NCBI RefSeq assembly: GCF_009914755.1
Contig: NC_060937.1
DNA from: the human T2T-CHM13v2.0 reference genome, Homo sapiens
Direction: 5' to 3' (one strand)
Length of the DNA: 64,000 bases
The notes beneath the pieces are model-generated. The model did no database searches. It was not told the DNA's origin and worked only from the letters and a program-made list of their open reading frames with translations. Each line of letters opens with the position of its first letter. The first letter of the stretch is position 1. The position numbers were made by a program, and so were the translations under genes. Below, piece after piece: positions 1 through 16,490 of this stretch.

Positions 1-300
1 TGGTGTCACCTCTGAGGCCATCTGCCTCTGTGATGGTCCTTCAGAGCTCTCAAGATTGAGGCAGGGAAGCTCAGCCCTCGTGCCCCAGCATCGACCAAGT
101 TATTGGATGTTGGTTGTGTTAGGGTTAGGGCATAACCTTAGGCAAAGCAGCTCTCTTCAGCTAAGGTTGGATCCCGGAGAGAAACTCGGCTGTAAGCTGT
201 TGGCAGCCAACCCTTCTGGCAGCTGAGACATCTCCTGTCCCATCCATTCCTCCATCCTGATGCGGGGATCTGAATGTCCCACCACCACACCTACTACGCA
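1..300. mobile_element. MLT1-type (ERVL-MaLR) LTR fragment, old and diverged
   Basis: Motifs such as GGCAAAGCAGCTCTCTTCAGCTAAGG and GAGAAACTCGGCTGTAAGCTGTTGGCAGCCAAC resemble MLT1 LTRs. Runs off the window start; boundaries are approximate. Confidence 0.5.
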
Positions 301-394
301 GTGCAACATGGAGGAGTTGGCCTTAAATTTCCACTGAACTCTAAAAATCTTTTAAGACTCTGATGTTAGTAGCAGAAAATAACAAATACATGGT

Positions 395-429
395 ATCATC
401 ATCATCATCATCATCTTCATCATCATCAT
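395..429. repeat. (ATC)n trinucleotide microsatellite, one interruption
   Basis: Directly visible. Explains the poly-S and poly-D tracts in ORFs 363..548 and 341..535. Confidence 0.95.
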
Positions 430-813
430 TTTTAAGTTTAAAAATACATGTAATACTGAGGTTGTTTTTGTTGTTTTGTCTACAGATAATAGAAAAAAAA
501 TGTGTGAGAGAGAGGTTTTTGGTCTTATTTGTCAAACGTTTTCATTGAATTATTTTATTCCAGTTTAGTTTTGCTGTTGGAACTTAAAGTTAAGAAGCCT
601 TGACTTCTGTGTCATATGTTTCCCGTAGATTATTTGGAAACAGGACCACATTTGAAGTTACTGGGAATATTAGGCCCTTCTCTGGGGAAACACTACCTTT
701 CTTCATGGATGTTTGGTTATGGGACATAGTACTTTCTAAATGTTGTGCACCTACCCCCAACGCACAGACCACCTGATCCTAGTGATGAGTGTTTGGGATA
801 TACCTGTCACTTT

Positions 814-1034
814 CAGGGCTGGGACAAGGGTAGGGCAAATGAAATACTTACTTTGGGTGCAAGATTCAAAAAGTAATCCAAAAAATTTTCAAAAATTAAT
901 ATATTTAATGCAATATTTTAAAATGAAAATTAATGCAAAATTCGTGATGAATGAATTACAAAAGTTTTAAGTAGAGACAGTATTTTTTATTTTACTTTTT
1001 GCCTCAGCTTTTACTGTGGCTCGGCTGGGTACTG
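814..1034 (+). mobile_element. hAT-superfamily non-autonomous DNA transposon (MER96/MER91-like; exact family uncertain)
   Basis: Starts CAGGGCTGGGACAAGGGT and ends GGGTACTG. Flanked by an 8-bp TSD GTCACTTT (806-813) / GCCACTTT (1035-1042), the length typical of hAT elements. Confidence 0.65.
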
Positions 1035-1489
1035 GCCACTTTAGCAACATTGAAATAATCTGATACACCGATTCCCACTTCCATGTACTTGGTTAAATGA
1101 TCAGTTCCAAAAGCACCTCAAATGAAATCTATGTAAATACTTCCTATCAATTCTAAAAACGTAGGGAAAGGAATATATTTAAATGTATGAGTTCATTGTA
1201 CACCAACCACAACCTAAGGCAGACCTCTGGGAGCTGGAAGCTGGCATCAGGCTGAAGAAGATGGAAATGAGAAAAGGATCAAAAGATTAAACCGGTTTCA
1301 CCAAACAGTCAATTCCAGGACACAGCCAGCGGTCAAATCCCAGAGTCACTGAGTTTCAAAGCTGAGAATCAGTCCTGGAGTCAAAGCCAAGTCGAAATAG
1401 TGTAAGGATCACCATGCTCCAGTAATCTCAGAAGAGAGTTTGTTGTGAAACCAGCACTGCTTGGCTTCCTTTCTAGTGACTGATCTTGT

Positions 1490-1895
1490 CAATTCCTAAA
1501 TTAAAAACTGCAAACCTCTCACCATTTCCTATGGCATAAATTCCAAACTTCACATAATATGGCTTTCATGTGTCTCACCCCTCTCCCAGCTCCACTTTCA
1601 CAAAGCACATTACAAGGCAAATGTCGCAAATACAGACAGCTCTGGCTGCAGCCACAATACCCTCCCTACCCACTCCCTTAGGCACAGGTGCTCTGCAGCC
1701 CACGGCTTTATTTCCTTCTTTGATTTCTCCTCCCGCCAAATGACTGCTCCAAAGCAAGATTTAATTGAATGTCATTTCCTCTTTGAAGCCTTTACCACCT
1801 CTCCCAGGTTGGGCTAAGGGCAGAAACTTCTTCCTCACTTAGAGCCCATTGTACTGATATATAATTACATGTTTACATGTCTGTCTCCTAATAGG
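1490..1895 (+). mobile_element. LINE-2 fragment
   Basis: Degenerate L2-like motifs (AAATTCCAAACTTC, AATGTCATTTCCTCTTTGAAGCCTTT, GTTTACATGTCTGTCTCC). Boundaries approximate. Confidence 0.5.
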
Positions 1896-2240
1896 CTTTT
1901 ATTTGTTGTTTTGTTAGTAACATTACTAGTAGTGATGAAAATTATTGTAACAGAAACTGTTTAGATGATACTTCCTATAGCTTCTATAGTCTAGGCAATG
2001 GTAAAAGTGTTTTTATTTTATTTTATTTTATTATTATTATACTTTAAGTTTTAGGGTACATGTGCACAATGTGCAAGTTAGTTACATATGTATACATGTG
2101 CCATGCTGGTGTGCTGCACCCATTAACTCGTCATCTAGCATTAGGTATATCTCCTAAAGCTATCCCTTCCCCCTCCCCCCACCCCACAACAGTCCCCAGA
2201 GTGTGATGTTCCCCTTCCTGTGTCCATGTGTTCTCATTGT

Positions 2241-3544
<1,304 letters not shown>

Positions 3545-4659
3545 TAAGCACACACAATAGTCCGTTCAGTGCAAAATGAGTGCACGATGGTTGTGATCAG
3601 CCAGAACAAGTGGAAATCCAGATCATGTTTGCATTCCACATGTATACAGATACCTACACATGCAGGCTTGTAGACTTAGTTTACTTTTAGAAAAGTTTTA
3701 TGCAGTCAGTATTCCTTGAGAATAAAGCTTTTAGACACATGCAATGAATTTTCTCTTGTGAAATAATTATTCACACCATGATAACTTCAGTACTAGTATT
3801 CTGCTGAAATTTGATGAATTTGAGTACAGCAAACTCAATTAGCTATATTCTAGGTTTGAACCTCGTACCATCCTAGTTTTTGGATATTCTGCCAAATTTA
3901 TTAAATTGAGGGCCCAATACATTTTTTATGTGAAGATTTTGTTTCCATTATTTTGATAAAAAATGAATTTAGCAATGAAATAGAAGCAGTTCTGCTGAGG
4001 ATTTATGTATAATATAATAACACATTTCACCCATTCAGTGAGACTTTACGAACTAGTGTAAGGTAACATTATGGAGAAAAGATGGTCTTGCTTGTTTCAC
4101 AGAAAGCAGGTATTAAAGTGTGGACACATTACAGAGAGAATGTTACCTACCAGGGAGCATCAAACAAACAGCAATCCACCTCCTGCTGTTACAGTTTATC
4201 CAAAGAGCTCAGACATCAGCTTTTCTTTCCATTTCTCAGGGATAAAAATCTATTTTCTCTCCATTAGAATATCATCTGTTGAAAATGTTCACTGCCTGAA
4301 GATTAAAAACTTCTCTACTCTGGGGGTGGATTTTTCTTTTATATCCTGGCCTTGGAGACAAATAGAGGAAAACTATCAATGTGTAATGATTATTACGCAG
4401 AGTGCTGTACCTACTACTTACATTCTTAAATATGTTCTGCATTAGCACCTCTGAGATTCATAGGGATATTAGATCATCTCTTTCCATCTCTTCTGAGATG
4501 CCCAAGGAATCTTATGGAGAGAGGAATGTTATCAGGTGTTTTTCTAGCATAAAACCTCTTCTTCCCTATACCTCATACAGTTTTTTAGCCTAAGCTTCTG
4601 TGAAATATTGGTTTGAATAAATAAATGTAAATGTGAATACAAAAACTATTCACCCATTT

Positions 4660-4755
4660 TGGAAATCACACATTTAATCTCAAGTCATTTTCAGATAGGA
4701 AAACTGAGGCCCAAGAAATCACACTATTGGTTGCTGGTGGCACCAGAACTAGTCT
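4660..4755 (-). mobile_element. MIR fragment
   Basis: MIR core CATTTTCAGATAGGAAAACTGAGGCCCA. Confidence 0.65.
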
Positions 4756-7701
4756 TTATGTTATAGCATCCCTTGATCTTGGAGTTCCTATCTTCTACCT
4801 GCATCCCAGAATTCTTCATTAAACCTGGCCACCTTCTGTACACTCTTAATTAAAAGTGGAATTGATTGCATTCTCAGGTATTGACATTATACAGATAAAA
4901 GAGGGGAAGCAAGTTTTTGCTAAAATGACCTGAATTTTTTTATTCTGCTAATGAACAAGCCAAACACTCTCCTAAAGCTAATTCCGCTTACTTTAATAGG
5001 CTGCAATACTCATACATATTCTCTAAACTTTCTGAACTCTGTTTCTTAGAGCCTCCTCAAAAGAAAAAAAAATCCCTCCTTAATGAGATTTGTGTTTATT
5101 TGTCTACTCCATCAATTTCATCACCACTTCAGGCTACAAAGGATATTTCTACTCAAGTAAAGTGAAAACTTGGCATTCGTAGCTCTATTAGTGATGGGGA
5201 CCACAGGTGAGGATAAGGTGCTTTTTGGGATAGTCCAGTGAGTGAGGCAAACATTTCAGCTTGTGATTATTTTTCCTAGCTCCTGATAATTGCCTCTGTC
5301 TTTCCCTTTGCTTCTCATGTCTAGACACACTGCCCATTCATGACCTGTTAAGTAAACTAGGCAGCAGATTAAAACACTTGTTTTTCTGGAGAATATCATG
5401 ATAGTAGCCCCTAGGCATTCTGAAATGAGGGTCTCAATTGCTGTATTGGCATCTGATATGAGAAAAAGGACAAGCAACGACTTTTTAGTTGAATTCGCAG
5501 TATTATTTTTTTCTTCTGGTCACCATTAGTGTAAGCTTGTGTTGGGCTAGGTGATACATGTATTGTGGACTGAGGGACAGTCTGTCCTTCATGCTCAGGT
5601 GCCTTGACCCACATGAAATAAATGACAAATAAGAACATCTGTGAGCCAGGATTGTACTTCCTCGGGAATTCCAGGTTACCTATGGAAACAGTTGCCTGAG
5701 AGTCCACATTATCCTCAGACTTACGATTTGACCAATATGAGAAAACTCCAGGGTTGCTTTTTCTTTCTAGCAATACTGGATTACTGGCTTGCCAATAAGC
5801 ATTCTTTATTCCAGTGTGCCCAGGGCAAAGGCTGCAGTCAAGAGTGCTGTGACAATTTTACTATAGTACTTAGACTGTATGGGAGTGAATTCTTTTTGGG
5901 AAGGAAAACATTTGTGGAAGAAAAATAAATGACAAATTAGGTAGAATCAACTGACTGACAAAATAGTAACTGATGATTTTTTAGTCATGTCATGTAAATA
6001 AAGTGATATATTTTTTAAGTCTTGAGAATTCTTTTACTTAACCTGAAGCAAAAAGCAGAATGTGAAATGTATTAAGAATAGAGAGAGTTCCTTTTTATCT
6101 TTAACATTATTATACTTTGAGCATTAGCATGATATTAGTTTTGAAAGTGCAAATTGAGAGAATAGAATTTAGGAAATTACTTACATGGGTTACGAAGGTA
6201 TCATTTTGACATTTGTGGAGTTAACTATGTGAGCCATGCCCAAAGAAAAAGAGGAAATGACTTGGGAAGCTCCATTAGTAGAAAACAGTAAGTGGGAAGA
6301 GATGACATAGTAGATGTCAAGATGGATAGAGAGATAAGGCAGATTGAACAACTTGTAGAATAGACCCACTGCATCTGAGCCTGAGGATCTGGTGTCAATA
6401 AGCAGCAAGCACTGGCAGCCATACTGAGTACAGAATTTACTTGGCAGAACGTACCAATAGTAATAGCAAACATTGCTTTGGCTCCTTAAAAATCCTTCTT
6501 ATTTGCTCTTTATGCCTCAAGAAAATCCTGCAAAGTGCTCCTTTAAATGCTTATACAGTTTTATGTGTATAGAGAAGAGCTATATCACCATCAAGCTATT
6601 CTACATTTGAAATTAAGGAAGAAATAGTTTATCCCTTCATGAAATGATATTGACAGGAAGCAATTTTAAACTGTTCAACAAGTTTTAAAATTCAGCTGAT
6701 AGCTCTCAGACTGGTTAAAGTGAATGCAAATGTTAGAAGGCTGGTAGTGAGAAAATTAGGCCTGGATGTACCATTAGACCTTTGTATTAAAAGATTCTAC
6801 CATTACGTGTTTGGAGAACAATATTATTTATTTTGTTTTTTATAAAATAAGACATAACAATCTTTAGTTTTGCAGTTTATTGAATCCAGGAAACTGTCAA
6901 TACTTTTCCAAGCAGGCAGTATTTTGACTCTCGTGATCTGGAAATTAGTATTTCTAATGCCAAACTAAACACTTTTATAATTATTACACTAACCTAACAT
7001 TTCTCATGAAGCATTTATGTTGACCTGTGATCAAGTCCTATGCAATTTATGGTTTATACCCTTAAGGAAGCCATGTCTATTTTAAGCTGTGTTGGAAGGA
7101 AACATTTATGAGAAAGGACACATTTACTTAGAAAATGTGGGGGAAACATGAAGGTTAGCCATATGATGTCTCCATAAAATCTTCATGCACTTTGAAACTT
7201 AAATAATTAAGTTGATAAATATAAAAAAATACATAACAGATAATTCTTTAATATTGAAGATAAACAACTTTATGTAATATTTCAGAGAGTGTGATGAGTG
7301 AAAGATAAGTGAAAATTAACTAAATTCCTATCAGTCAGGAGACAAAAATCTAGCTTAATTTTTTAAAAAGCACTTACAATTTGTTTATATTACATTCAAA
7401 ACACACACATCCTTAAAGTCTTAAAATCTTACATATGACATATGAAAGCCATCTCTGTGGAATGATCTGAGAAGAATATGTATATACTAGGAGCCTGGAT
7501 ATTAAGAATTTTGAATGAAGGATGAGACAAATTTGGCACGCAGAAAAAGATGGACAACGTTGGCTTTGGAAATAATTCTTAGCAATTTTATTAAACTATT
7601 TATCCCAGTGCCTAGCAAATAGTATGTGATGAAAACATATTGACTTGCTTCCCTTCCTGTAGATAAGAGATATAAAACTTGTTTTTCTTGAATGGATGAT
7701 G

Positions 7702-7759
7702 CTGTTTCCTAAAGTCAGTTTAATGAATTACTGTTTGGTAAAGTCAGTTTAATGAATTA
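7702..7759. repeat. 29-bp tandem duplication (2 copies, 2 mismatches)
   Basis: CTGTTT(CC/GG)TAAAGTCAGTTTAATGAATTA occurs twice in tandem. Confidence 0.9.
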
Positions 7760-8663
7760 TGGGAGTCCAGAGTTCTTTCATCTGAAATGTGTCCCTAGAA
7801 GTTTACTTAAAAGCTATAATCTACACACGTCACCAGATGTCACTATCAATTGCAGCATCCTTTGGTGGGATACATAATCTAACTGATTCAGAATGGGACA
7901 GAAGTTGTTTTTCCTAATGTAATTTAACTAATAATTATTGAGCACACCCTACCAAGCTGTCATAAAGACAAATTAGAGGCAGTGAGTTATATGTAAGCGT
8001 TGCCTTTACCAAGTTCAGATTCTACCCTGTGAACCTGAGGGGTAGGTAATGAGCAACAGTGATGAACAGATCCATGTATGACTCTCTCTCCGGCCAACTC
8101 TTTGGTGAGAAACATAATAAAGGTGTAAGTGAAATGTATTGGCAGCATGGCAAACCGAGCATCAGCATCCCATCAGCTGTTAAGAGGAGGTGATATTTGA
8201 GCTGGGCCATGAAGGGTGCAGATGGTGACAAAGAATGAGCAAGAACCAGTCACACAAATAAATGAAGTGGAGTCTGGTGGTTTTGTGTAGTGTATAAAAA
8301 CAAAATACCTTCAAAGTTGCAGTCTTTCTGAAACATTTTAATATGTGCTTCTAGAGAATGAAACTCGGAGAACTTGTAGTTTAAACCACAATGGCGTTAC
8401 TAATGCCCCAAAATACCTCCCTTGCTAAAAGATGTATTAATTTACTACTTAGTAGAAACAAGCAGTAAGTAAAAACAAAGCACAGTTTGCCTATATTTTG
8501 TGATGACAAAGTGAGGTAGAAAAGTAATGATATTTATCTCTATTATTCTCCTTTTAATGTTTTTGTTAATGAATCAGCAACCCAAAGAGAGGGATAAAGT
8601 ATTTGTCAAATTTCTGAGGGTGAGGACAGCAAAGACAAACAGATCTTGGTGGAGTTTTTCTTT

Positions 8664-8790
8664 TGTGTCTGTGTGTGTGAGAGAGTGAGAGGGAGAGAGG
8701 GAGAGAGATAGAATAGGAGAAGGAGAAGGCAGAAAAAAAGGAAAGAAAAAAGAAGGAGGGAGAAAGGAAAGAAGAGAGAAAAAGAAAGAC
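8664..8790. repeat. (TG)n/(GA)n and purine-rich low-complexity tract
   Basis: Directly visible. Confidence 0.85.
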
Positions 8791-9734
8791 TCTCAGAGCT
8801 TATATTTGGAAATTGTTCTTTTTTTCACTTAGAAAAATGTTTGTGTTTCTAAAAACTGCTATACTGAGAGCCATAGGAAGTGTATCTATATTTGAAGAAA
8901 TCTATGTGAGCTATCAGTGTGGCATTAAAATTCAGGTAATTTTTGAGTGGTGAAGAGCATATTTGAAATTGTGATGCACCCTGACAAACGGGATGATGCT
9001 GAAATCTTGCAGTCCATGAAATCTGGTTGGATGAGATTCATAGGAAATATTGGTATGAATTACCCCTGCTGGTGGCCCAGTGAGGGCATAGAGCAAAGCT
9101 ATGGGCAGGTCTTTAGCCAGTCTGCTTTTGCCACTGTGAGACCTCAACAGTTATTTCACTGGGGCCAAATGTTTTCTGGTGGCTCACATGAAATAGTTTA
9201 AATTACATGTAAATAAATGTGGAAGGAGACAGTGGGGAAGACCATGGCCTTTGGAATTAGAAAAACTTGGTTTTGAAAGTTAACCAATTTACCTGTCTTT
9301 TCTGAGCCCCAGGATTATTATAAAATCTTAAATTAAGTAAATGCGGTACATAGTGTGCTGATGATTGAGAAATGTGGGACTACACGTGTAGAGAAAAATT
9401 TATTTAGCTTTAAGTAAAATAAGAAATGGAGATATTATAAAATAATAACCTTGCTAACATTGAATAAAGTGAGAGAGAAAAAGAGGGAGACAGACAGAGT
9501 CAAGAGAGATTTTCCAGGGGCTGCTGGGCTATGGTGGGTTTTCCAGGGGTTGGTGGAGGAAAACCGTAATCATAACATAGTCTTTGCCTTACCAATACAT
9601 AGCAGATTATAGGACATGAATTTTTACTGAACAATATGTGATTTAATGCTGACGTGAGGGCAAGGATGCTGAGAAACATGCCACTCCGGATCCAAACTGA
9701 TGCAGTGAGTTCACGCTATGTATAGATGACAGAA

Positions 9735-9842
9735 GTTGAGTCGGTTCCCAGCTGTGTGACCTTGGGCTAGTTCCTTTGCCTCAGTTTCTCCATCTATAAA
9801 ATAGGATAATATGTACTATATGAAGTTACAGATTAAATGAAG
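9735..9842 (+). mobile_element. MIR fragment
   Basis: AGCTGTGTGACCTTGGGC...GCCTCAGTTTCTCCATCTATAAAATAGGATAAT...GATTAAATGA is the MIR core. Confidence 0.8.
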
Positions 9843-10492
9843 GGGTCCAAAGCATATTCCTCTTCTTCTCTGCTTGATATTGCTCTCTGGCATCCAGGGA
9901 CTGCTTTGGCTCTCAAAGTGGTGTCGGAGTGTCATGTTGGTGATGGCTTTGCCTCTGCCCATGCAACCGTTCTCACAGAGTCATGGCCCACAGACATAAT
10001 GGCACAGAACAGATCAATAGAAATGCCACAGTCTTATGTTGTTTCGGTTCAGCTACTACATAGCACAGCCTATAGACTGATATTATGCCTGGAGCCTCTG
10101 GATCTTCCCAGAAGAATATTACCTTGAGAGAACCCAGATGATAACACATCCAAAAGAACCTGGCATATTTTTGGTGGAATAAGTGTATAATTGGGGGGAT
10201 AAAACATTGTCTCCCCCAATTATATTGTGGGGACAGTGAGGAATAGGCCAATCTGTTGAGCCCAGACAGAAAAGACAATCCTTTAGTTATAATAAGGGTA
10301 AACAAATTAGCAAGAATGGATTGTAAGCCATGAGTAGTTGGGAAGAGTAAATCTGCACAGGATTCTTTATTTAGCTTGATTCTCTTAATATCTGTTCTGT
10401 GTGGTGGTAAAACTTACTGGCATATAATCTGTCTGTGTCCTGAGTCTGTGCAGATTGAGGCTGTAGATAACACAGTTTATCCCCAAGTCTGA

Positions 10493-10793
<301 letters not shown>

Positions 10794-10901
10794 TCATTGA
10801 TAGGTTTAATGGCCAAAATTAGTACCTTCCATTAGAATTTATTGGAATAAAAGTATTGTTTATAGATCAATGAGACATGTAAAATAATATTGGTTAATTT
10901 C

Positions 10902-11204
10902 TTTTTACTTTTTTATTTTTGGAGACATGGTCTCACTCTTTCACCCAGGCTGGAGTGCAGTGGTGCAGCCATAGCTCACTACATCTTTGATCTCTTAGGC
11001 CCAAGTGATCCTCCTGCCTCAGCCTCCTGAGTAGCTGGGACTACAGGCATGAGACACCATGCCCAGCTATTATTATTATTATTATTTAGTGACGGATTTT
11101 TGCTGTGTTGCCCAGGCTGGTCTCAAACTCCTGGCTTCAAGAGATCTTCCCACCTTAGCCTCCCAAGGCACTGGTACTACAGTCGTGAGTCACCATGCCT
11201 GGCC
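10902..11204 (-). mobile_element. Alu, full length, AluJ-like
   Basis: J-type features (CATAGCTCACT, CAAGTGATCCTCC, GCTGTGTTGCCCAGG) and an (ATT)n middle region. Degenerate TSD TTGGTTAATTTC / TTGGTTACTTGC. Confidence 0.9.
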
Positions 11205-12619
11205 TTGGTTACTTGCTTATACATGTTCTTCATATGTCACTTTACCAAATTTTTTTTTTTTGTTAATTTGTTTGCTTTGTTTAGTTTTGTTTGTAAAATC
11301 AGATATCACAATGGTAGTTCTTATTATTGCCCCAAATAGCAGAGAAATTTCCTTTTACTATGCCAGAAAACCACCAACGAAAGAAACCAATTTCTCCCTT
11401 GAGAAATTTGAAGCAAAGCTTGCAGAGATCCTTGATAACACAAAGTTGCCAATAAAATCTGGGGGCTTCTCAGTCCATGAGAGTCTTCTTAGTTCCAACT
11501 GTTGCAAGCCCAGTTGTCAGTGGAGGTAGGATTTGCAACAATTAGAAGTAAAGCTATAAAGGCAAGGCAGATGCAAGGATCAAATACGGAAATTTTCAGC
11601 TGACTCATTCTTGGATGAGCAGATTTCATTGTTGGATTGCTGACACCAGCAAATTTTGTAGAAAGATGGACTCAGAGTGAGATATATGATGTCTCAGGAA
11701 TCTGAATGTCTTGGCTCACTGATAACACTTACCCTTAGTGATCCCAGTGGGTTTGCAGCTCTCAGAGAAAGTCACCTCGCTGATCATAGTCCTGGAAGAT
11801 CCTAGCCCATACGTTCTGCCATGATGTACATAGTGTTGCTTAAGTAAATCCCCCTGTTTGAGACCAATTGTAGATATTTGCATAAGTGTAACTGTAACCT
11901 AGAAGCTAGCAGCTGACTATTGCAATTTTATATCAAAAATAGAATGGAGGCCCTAAGCCCCAATGATCATGGAAACCTACTTGAAAGACAAGACACTCTG
12001 GAATACATATGGAGGAAAAAATGTCATTGTAAATGACATTGAAATCATCTGCATGCCAATTCTCAGTGGTAAAAGTGAAAAACAAGTCTTTCCAATGTAT
12101 TTATAGCTGTATGGATAATAAATCAGGCATTTTCTTGTGCTATGTAATGCTCTTCCCAGACCACATTAAAAATATTGTGTACCATCCCAGCACCATATGA
12201 TAGCATGATAGAATTCCAAACTGATATGTATTTAACTTTTTTATACGGATGGTTAAATGTTCTATCTGACAGACATGCTGGAGGCAATGAGAGAGGAACT
12301 GTAATGGTAGGGATAGTTTCTGGAGCTCCAAGGCATAAACAGAGGTTCAGAAAAATCAGAGTCACACTTCTGCTTGCCCATTTAAAAACAAAAACACAGG
12401 TTTTAATTCCATGTATACTTAGGGAATGCTTTTACTTATTTATTGTGTAATGAGCAGTTTATAGCCATGAAAAAAATGCACCCCTTCAAAAGGCTTGCTG
12501 CCCACTAATATGATGGACACATTTACAGATTAGTGTAATACTGTACTGCAACAGGTCATATTCTAGAATAGACAGGGAGACTTACAGCTCAGAATTCAGA
12601 TTTAAAATATATTTAAATA

Positions 12620-15030
12620 CAGGCATACCTCATTTTATTGTGTTTCCCTTTATTGAGCTTCACAGATAGTGCTTTTTTGGGGGGTTTGTTTACAAATTGA
12701 AGGTTTGTGGTAACCCTGCTTTGAATTAGTCTGTTGGTGCCATTTTTTTTTCTCAACAGAATATGATTAATTTGTGTCTCTGTGTCACGTTTTAGGAATA
12801 TTTCCAATATTTTAAGTTCGTTATCAGTATCTGTTTTGGTGATCTTTGATCAGTGATCTTTGATGTTAATATTGTAATTGTCTTGGAGCACCATGAATCA
12901 TGCCCATATAAAAAAGCAAACTTATTTGAAAAATGTGTTGTGACCGCTCCACCAACTGTCCATTATGTCATCTCTTCCCTTTACCTTGAGCCTCGTTATT
13001 ACCTGAGACACAGCAATGTTAAAATTAGGCCAGTTAATAATTCTACAGTGGCTTCTCAGTGTTCAAGTGAAAAAGAGGAGTCATGTATTTTCCACTTTAA
13101 ATCAAAAGCTATAAATGATTAAGCTTAGTGAGGAAGGCACGTTGAAAGCCAAGGCAGGCTGAAGGCTAGACCTCTTGCGCCAAACAGTTAGCTAAGTTGT
13201 GAATGCAAAGGAAAAGTTTTTGAAGGAAATTAAAAGTGCTACTCCAGTGAACACACACATGATAAGAAAGTGAAACAGCCTTATTGCTGATATGTAGAAG
13301 GTTTCCGTGGTCTGGATAGACGATCAAACCAGTCACAACATTTCCTTCAGTCAAATCTTAATCCACAGCAAGGCCCTAACTCCTTTCAATTCTATGAAGA
13401 CTAAAAAATGTAAGGGAGATGCACAAGAAAATTTTGAAGCTAGCAGAGGTTCATGATATTGAAGGAAGGAAGCCATCTCCATGACATCAAAGTTCAATGT
13501 GAAGCAGCAGGTGCTGATGAAGAAGCTGTAGCAAGTTATCCAGAAAAATAGAACTAAGATAACTGATGAAGATAGCTACACTAAACAACAGATTTTCAAT
13601 ATAGATGAAACAGCCCTCTATTAGAAGAAAATACCATGTAAGACTTTCATATTTAGAGAGAAGTTAATGCCTGGCTTCAAAGCTTCAAAGGACAGGCTGA
13701 CTCATTTGTTAGGGGCTAATGCAGCTGGTGATTTTAAATTGAGGCCAGTGATCATTTACCATTCTGAAAATCCTAGGGCCATTAAGAATTATGATAAATC
13801 CACTCTGACTGTGTTCTATAAGTGGAACAACCAAACCTGGATTGACAGTGCACCTGTTTACAGCATGGTTTAAGGGATATTTGACACCTATTCCTGAGAC
13901 CTACTGCTCAGAAAAAAGTATTATTTTCAAAGTATTACTGCTCATTGACAATGCACCTGGTCACCCAAGAGCTCTGATGGAGATGTACAAGGAGATTCAT
14001 GTTGTTTTCATTCCTGCTAACACGATACCCATTCTGCAGCCCATAGATCAAGGAGTCATTTCAACTTTCAAATCTTATTATTTTAGAAATACATGTCATA
14101 AAGCTATAGTTTCCATAGAGGGTGATTTCTATGAGGCATCTGGGCAAAGTCAATTGAAAACCTTTTGGAAAGTATTCACCATTCTAGGTTCCGTTAAGAA
14201 CATTAATGATTTATGGGAAGAGTCAAATGATCAATATTAACAGGAGTTTGGAAGAAGTTGATTCCAACCCTCATGGATGACTTAGGCGTTCAAGGCTTCA
14301 GTGGAGCAAGTTGCTGCATACGTGGTGGAAATAGCAAGAGAATGAGAAATAGAAGGGTAATCTGAAGATATGAATGAATTCCTGCAATCTCATGATAAAA
14401 TATGAACAAATGAGGAGTTGCTTCTTAAGGATAAGTGAAGAAAACAGTTTCTTGAGATGGAATCTACTTCTATTGAGGATGCTATGAATATTGTTGAGAT
14501 GACAACAAAAGATATACAATATTACATAAGTTAGTTGAGAAAGCAGCAGCAGGGTCTGAGAAGATTGACTCCAATTGTGAAAGAAGTTCTACTGTGGGTA
14601 CAATGCTGTCAAATAGGATAGCATGCTACAGGAAACTGTTTAATGAAGAGAAGATTCAATTGATAGGACACATTTTATTGTTGTCCTATTTTAAGAAGTT
14701 GCCACAGCCACCTCAATGTCCAGCAACCACTTCCCTGATCCATCAGCAGTCATCAATATTGAAGCAAGATTTTCCACCAGCAAAAAGATTAATGACTCAC
14801 TGAAAGCTGAGATGATCATTAACATTTTCTAGCAGTAAAATATTTTAAATTAAGGTATGTACATTGTTTTTTAGACATAACGCTATTGCACATTTAATGG
14901 ACTACAGAATATTATAAACATATCTTATATGCATTGAGAAACCAAAAAAATTGTGTGACTCACTTTGTTGTAATATTCGTTTTATTGCAATGGTCTAGAA
15001 CTGAACCTACAATATCTACCAGTTATGCCT
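12620..15030 (+). mobile_element. Tigger1 (TcMar-Tigger/pogo) DNA transposon, near full length (~2.4 kb)
   Basis: TA followed by CAGGCATACCTC left TIR. The right end ...GGTCTAGAACTGAACCTACAATATCTACCAGTTATGCCT is interrupted by THE1. Internal transposase remnants are present. Confidence 0.95.
13048..14405 (+). pseudogene. Degenerate Tigger1 transposase (pogo DDE family)
   Basis: Catalytic-region motifs [17 protein letters not shown] and QPIDQGVI; the last two are in ORF 13842..14240, and ORF 13667..13873 is an adjacent fragment. Start codon mutated, with frameshifts and stops. Confidence 0.88.
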
Positions 15031-15563
<533 letters not shown>

Positions 15564-15649
15564 TGGCTGAATAAGGCTTTTCTACAGACTTCAGATATCT
15601 TCCTCTTCTACGCATCTTGTTTGTACCTTCTTGTCATCATTTCCTAAGT

Positions 15650-15832
15650 ACGTGTCCCTAAAAGCATTGTTTAACCTCTCTAAGCCTTAGTTTTATCCTC
15701 TGTCATATGACAATGGCACAAAATAATTAATAGTTTTATTGTAAATGTTTAATAACTGAAAACTCCAGAACTGCTTAGTACAGTGTGTGGCACAGACAAT
15801 CAACAATACCCATATCTTACTTTATCATTATT
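15650..15832 (+). mobile_element. MIR fragment
   Basis: TTTAACCTCTCTAAGCCTTAGTTTTATCCTCTGT...TGCTTAGTACAGTGTGTGGCACA. Confidence 0.65.
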
Positions 15833-16490
15833 ACAGTATAGTAGAACAAGTGCTGCGGAATCAATAAGTGAGTTAATACACAAATAATTTAGACTGTAAT
15901 TTTATGGCCATATAATATCTTGAGACCTGATAATCAAGGCCAAGAGTATCATATAAAAAATTTTCTCATAATCAACTTCTGATCATCAGTCTTCTTCACA
16001 GATGTTATTTCTTCAACCACTTGGATATTTCCATGATTTCTGGAACTCCCTGTCACAAGTTGGGCAATTACAGGCGAGAGTTTTGTTACCTCCTGAGTTT
16101 CTGCCACTTGGTCACTTGTGCAGAGATGCCTTAGTGGAGAAGCAGATGGCAGTGATGGTTTTCATCTGTGGGTTTTATTATTTTGTTTGTTTTTCTTTAT
16201 TGTTATGGCTAATCAAATTTCACAGTTTTCTTGCAGGAAAAGCTGAACCAAGTGCAATACAAGTTGGAAAGTAGAAACCATTTATTCCTTAATGTCTTAC
16301 CAAGTACCCAGGCACCTGCTAGGTATTAGGAAGGGTGTCAAAAAGATCACCCACCTGGCTTGTGGAGCTTCCAGTTAGGCTGAATAACTAGGTGGAGATC
16401 AGGGAGGCATTTTATTTATTTATTTATTCATTTATTTATTTTTACAGCATGCAAGTCTTGCATTTATTTATTTTTTTAATTATACACTGA

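Noticed and set aside
341-548. Poly-Asp / poly-Ser ORFs
   Set aside because: Translation of an (ATC)n microsatellite.
11059-11529. 156-aa ORF with poly-Tyr start
   Set aside because: Begins in an antisense AluJ (ATT)n tract. The remainder has no recognisable homology or convincing splice sites.
13048-14405. Domesticated TIGD-like transposase gene
   Set aside because: Start codon lost and the frame is broken by several stops and frameshifts; ordinary decayed Tigger1.
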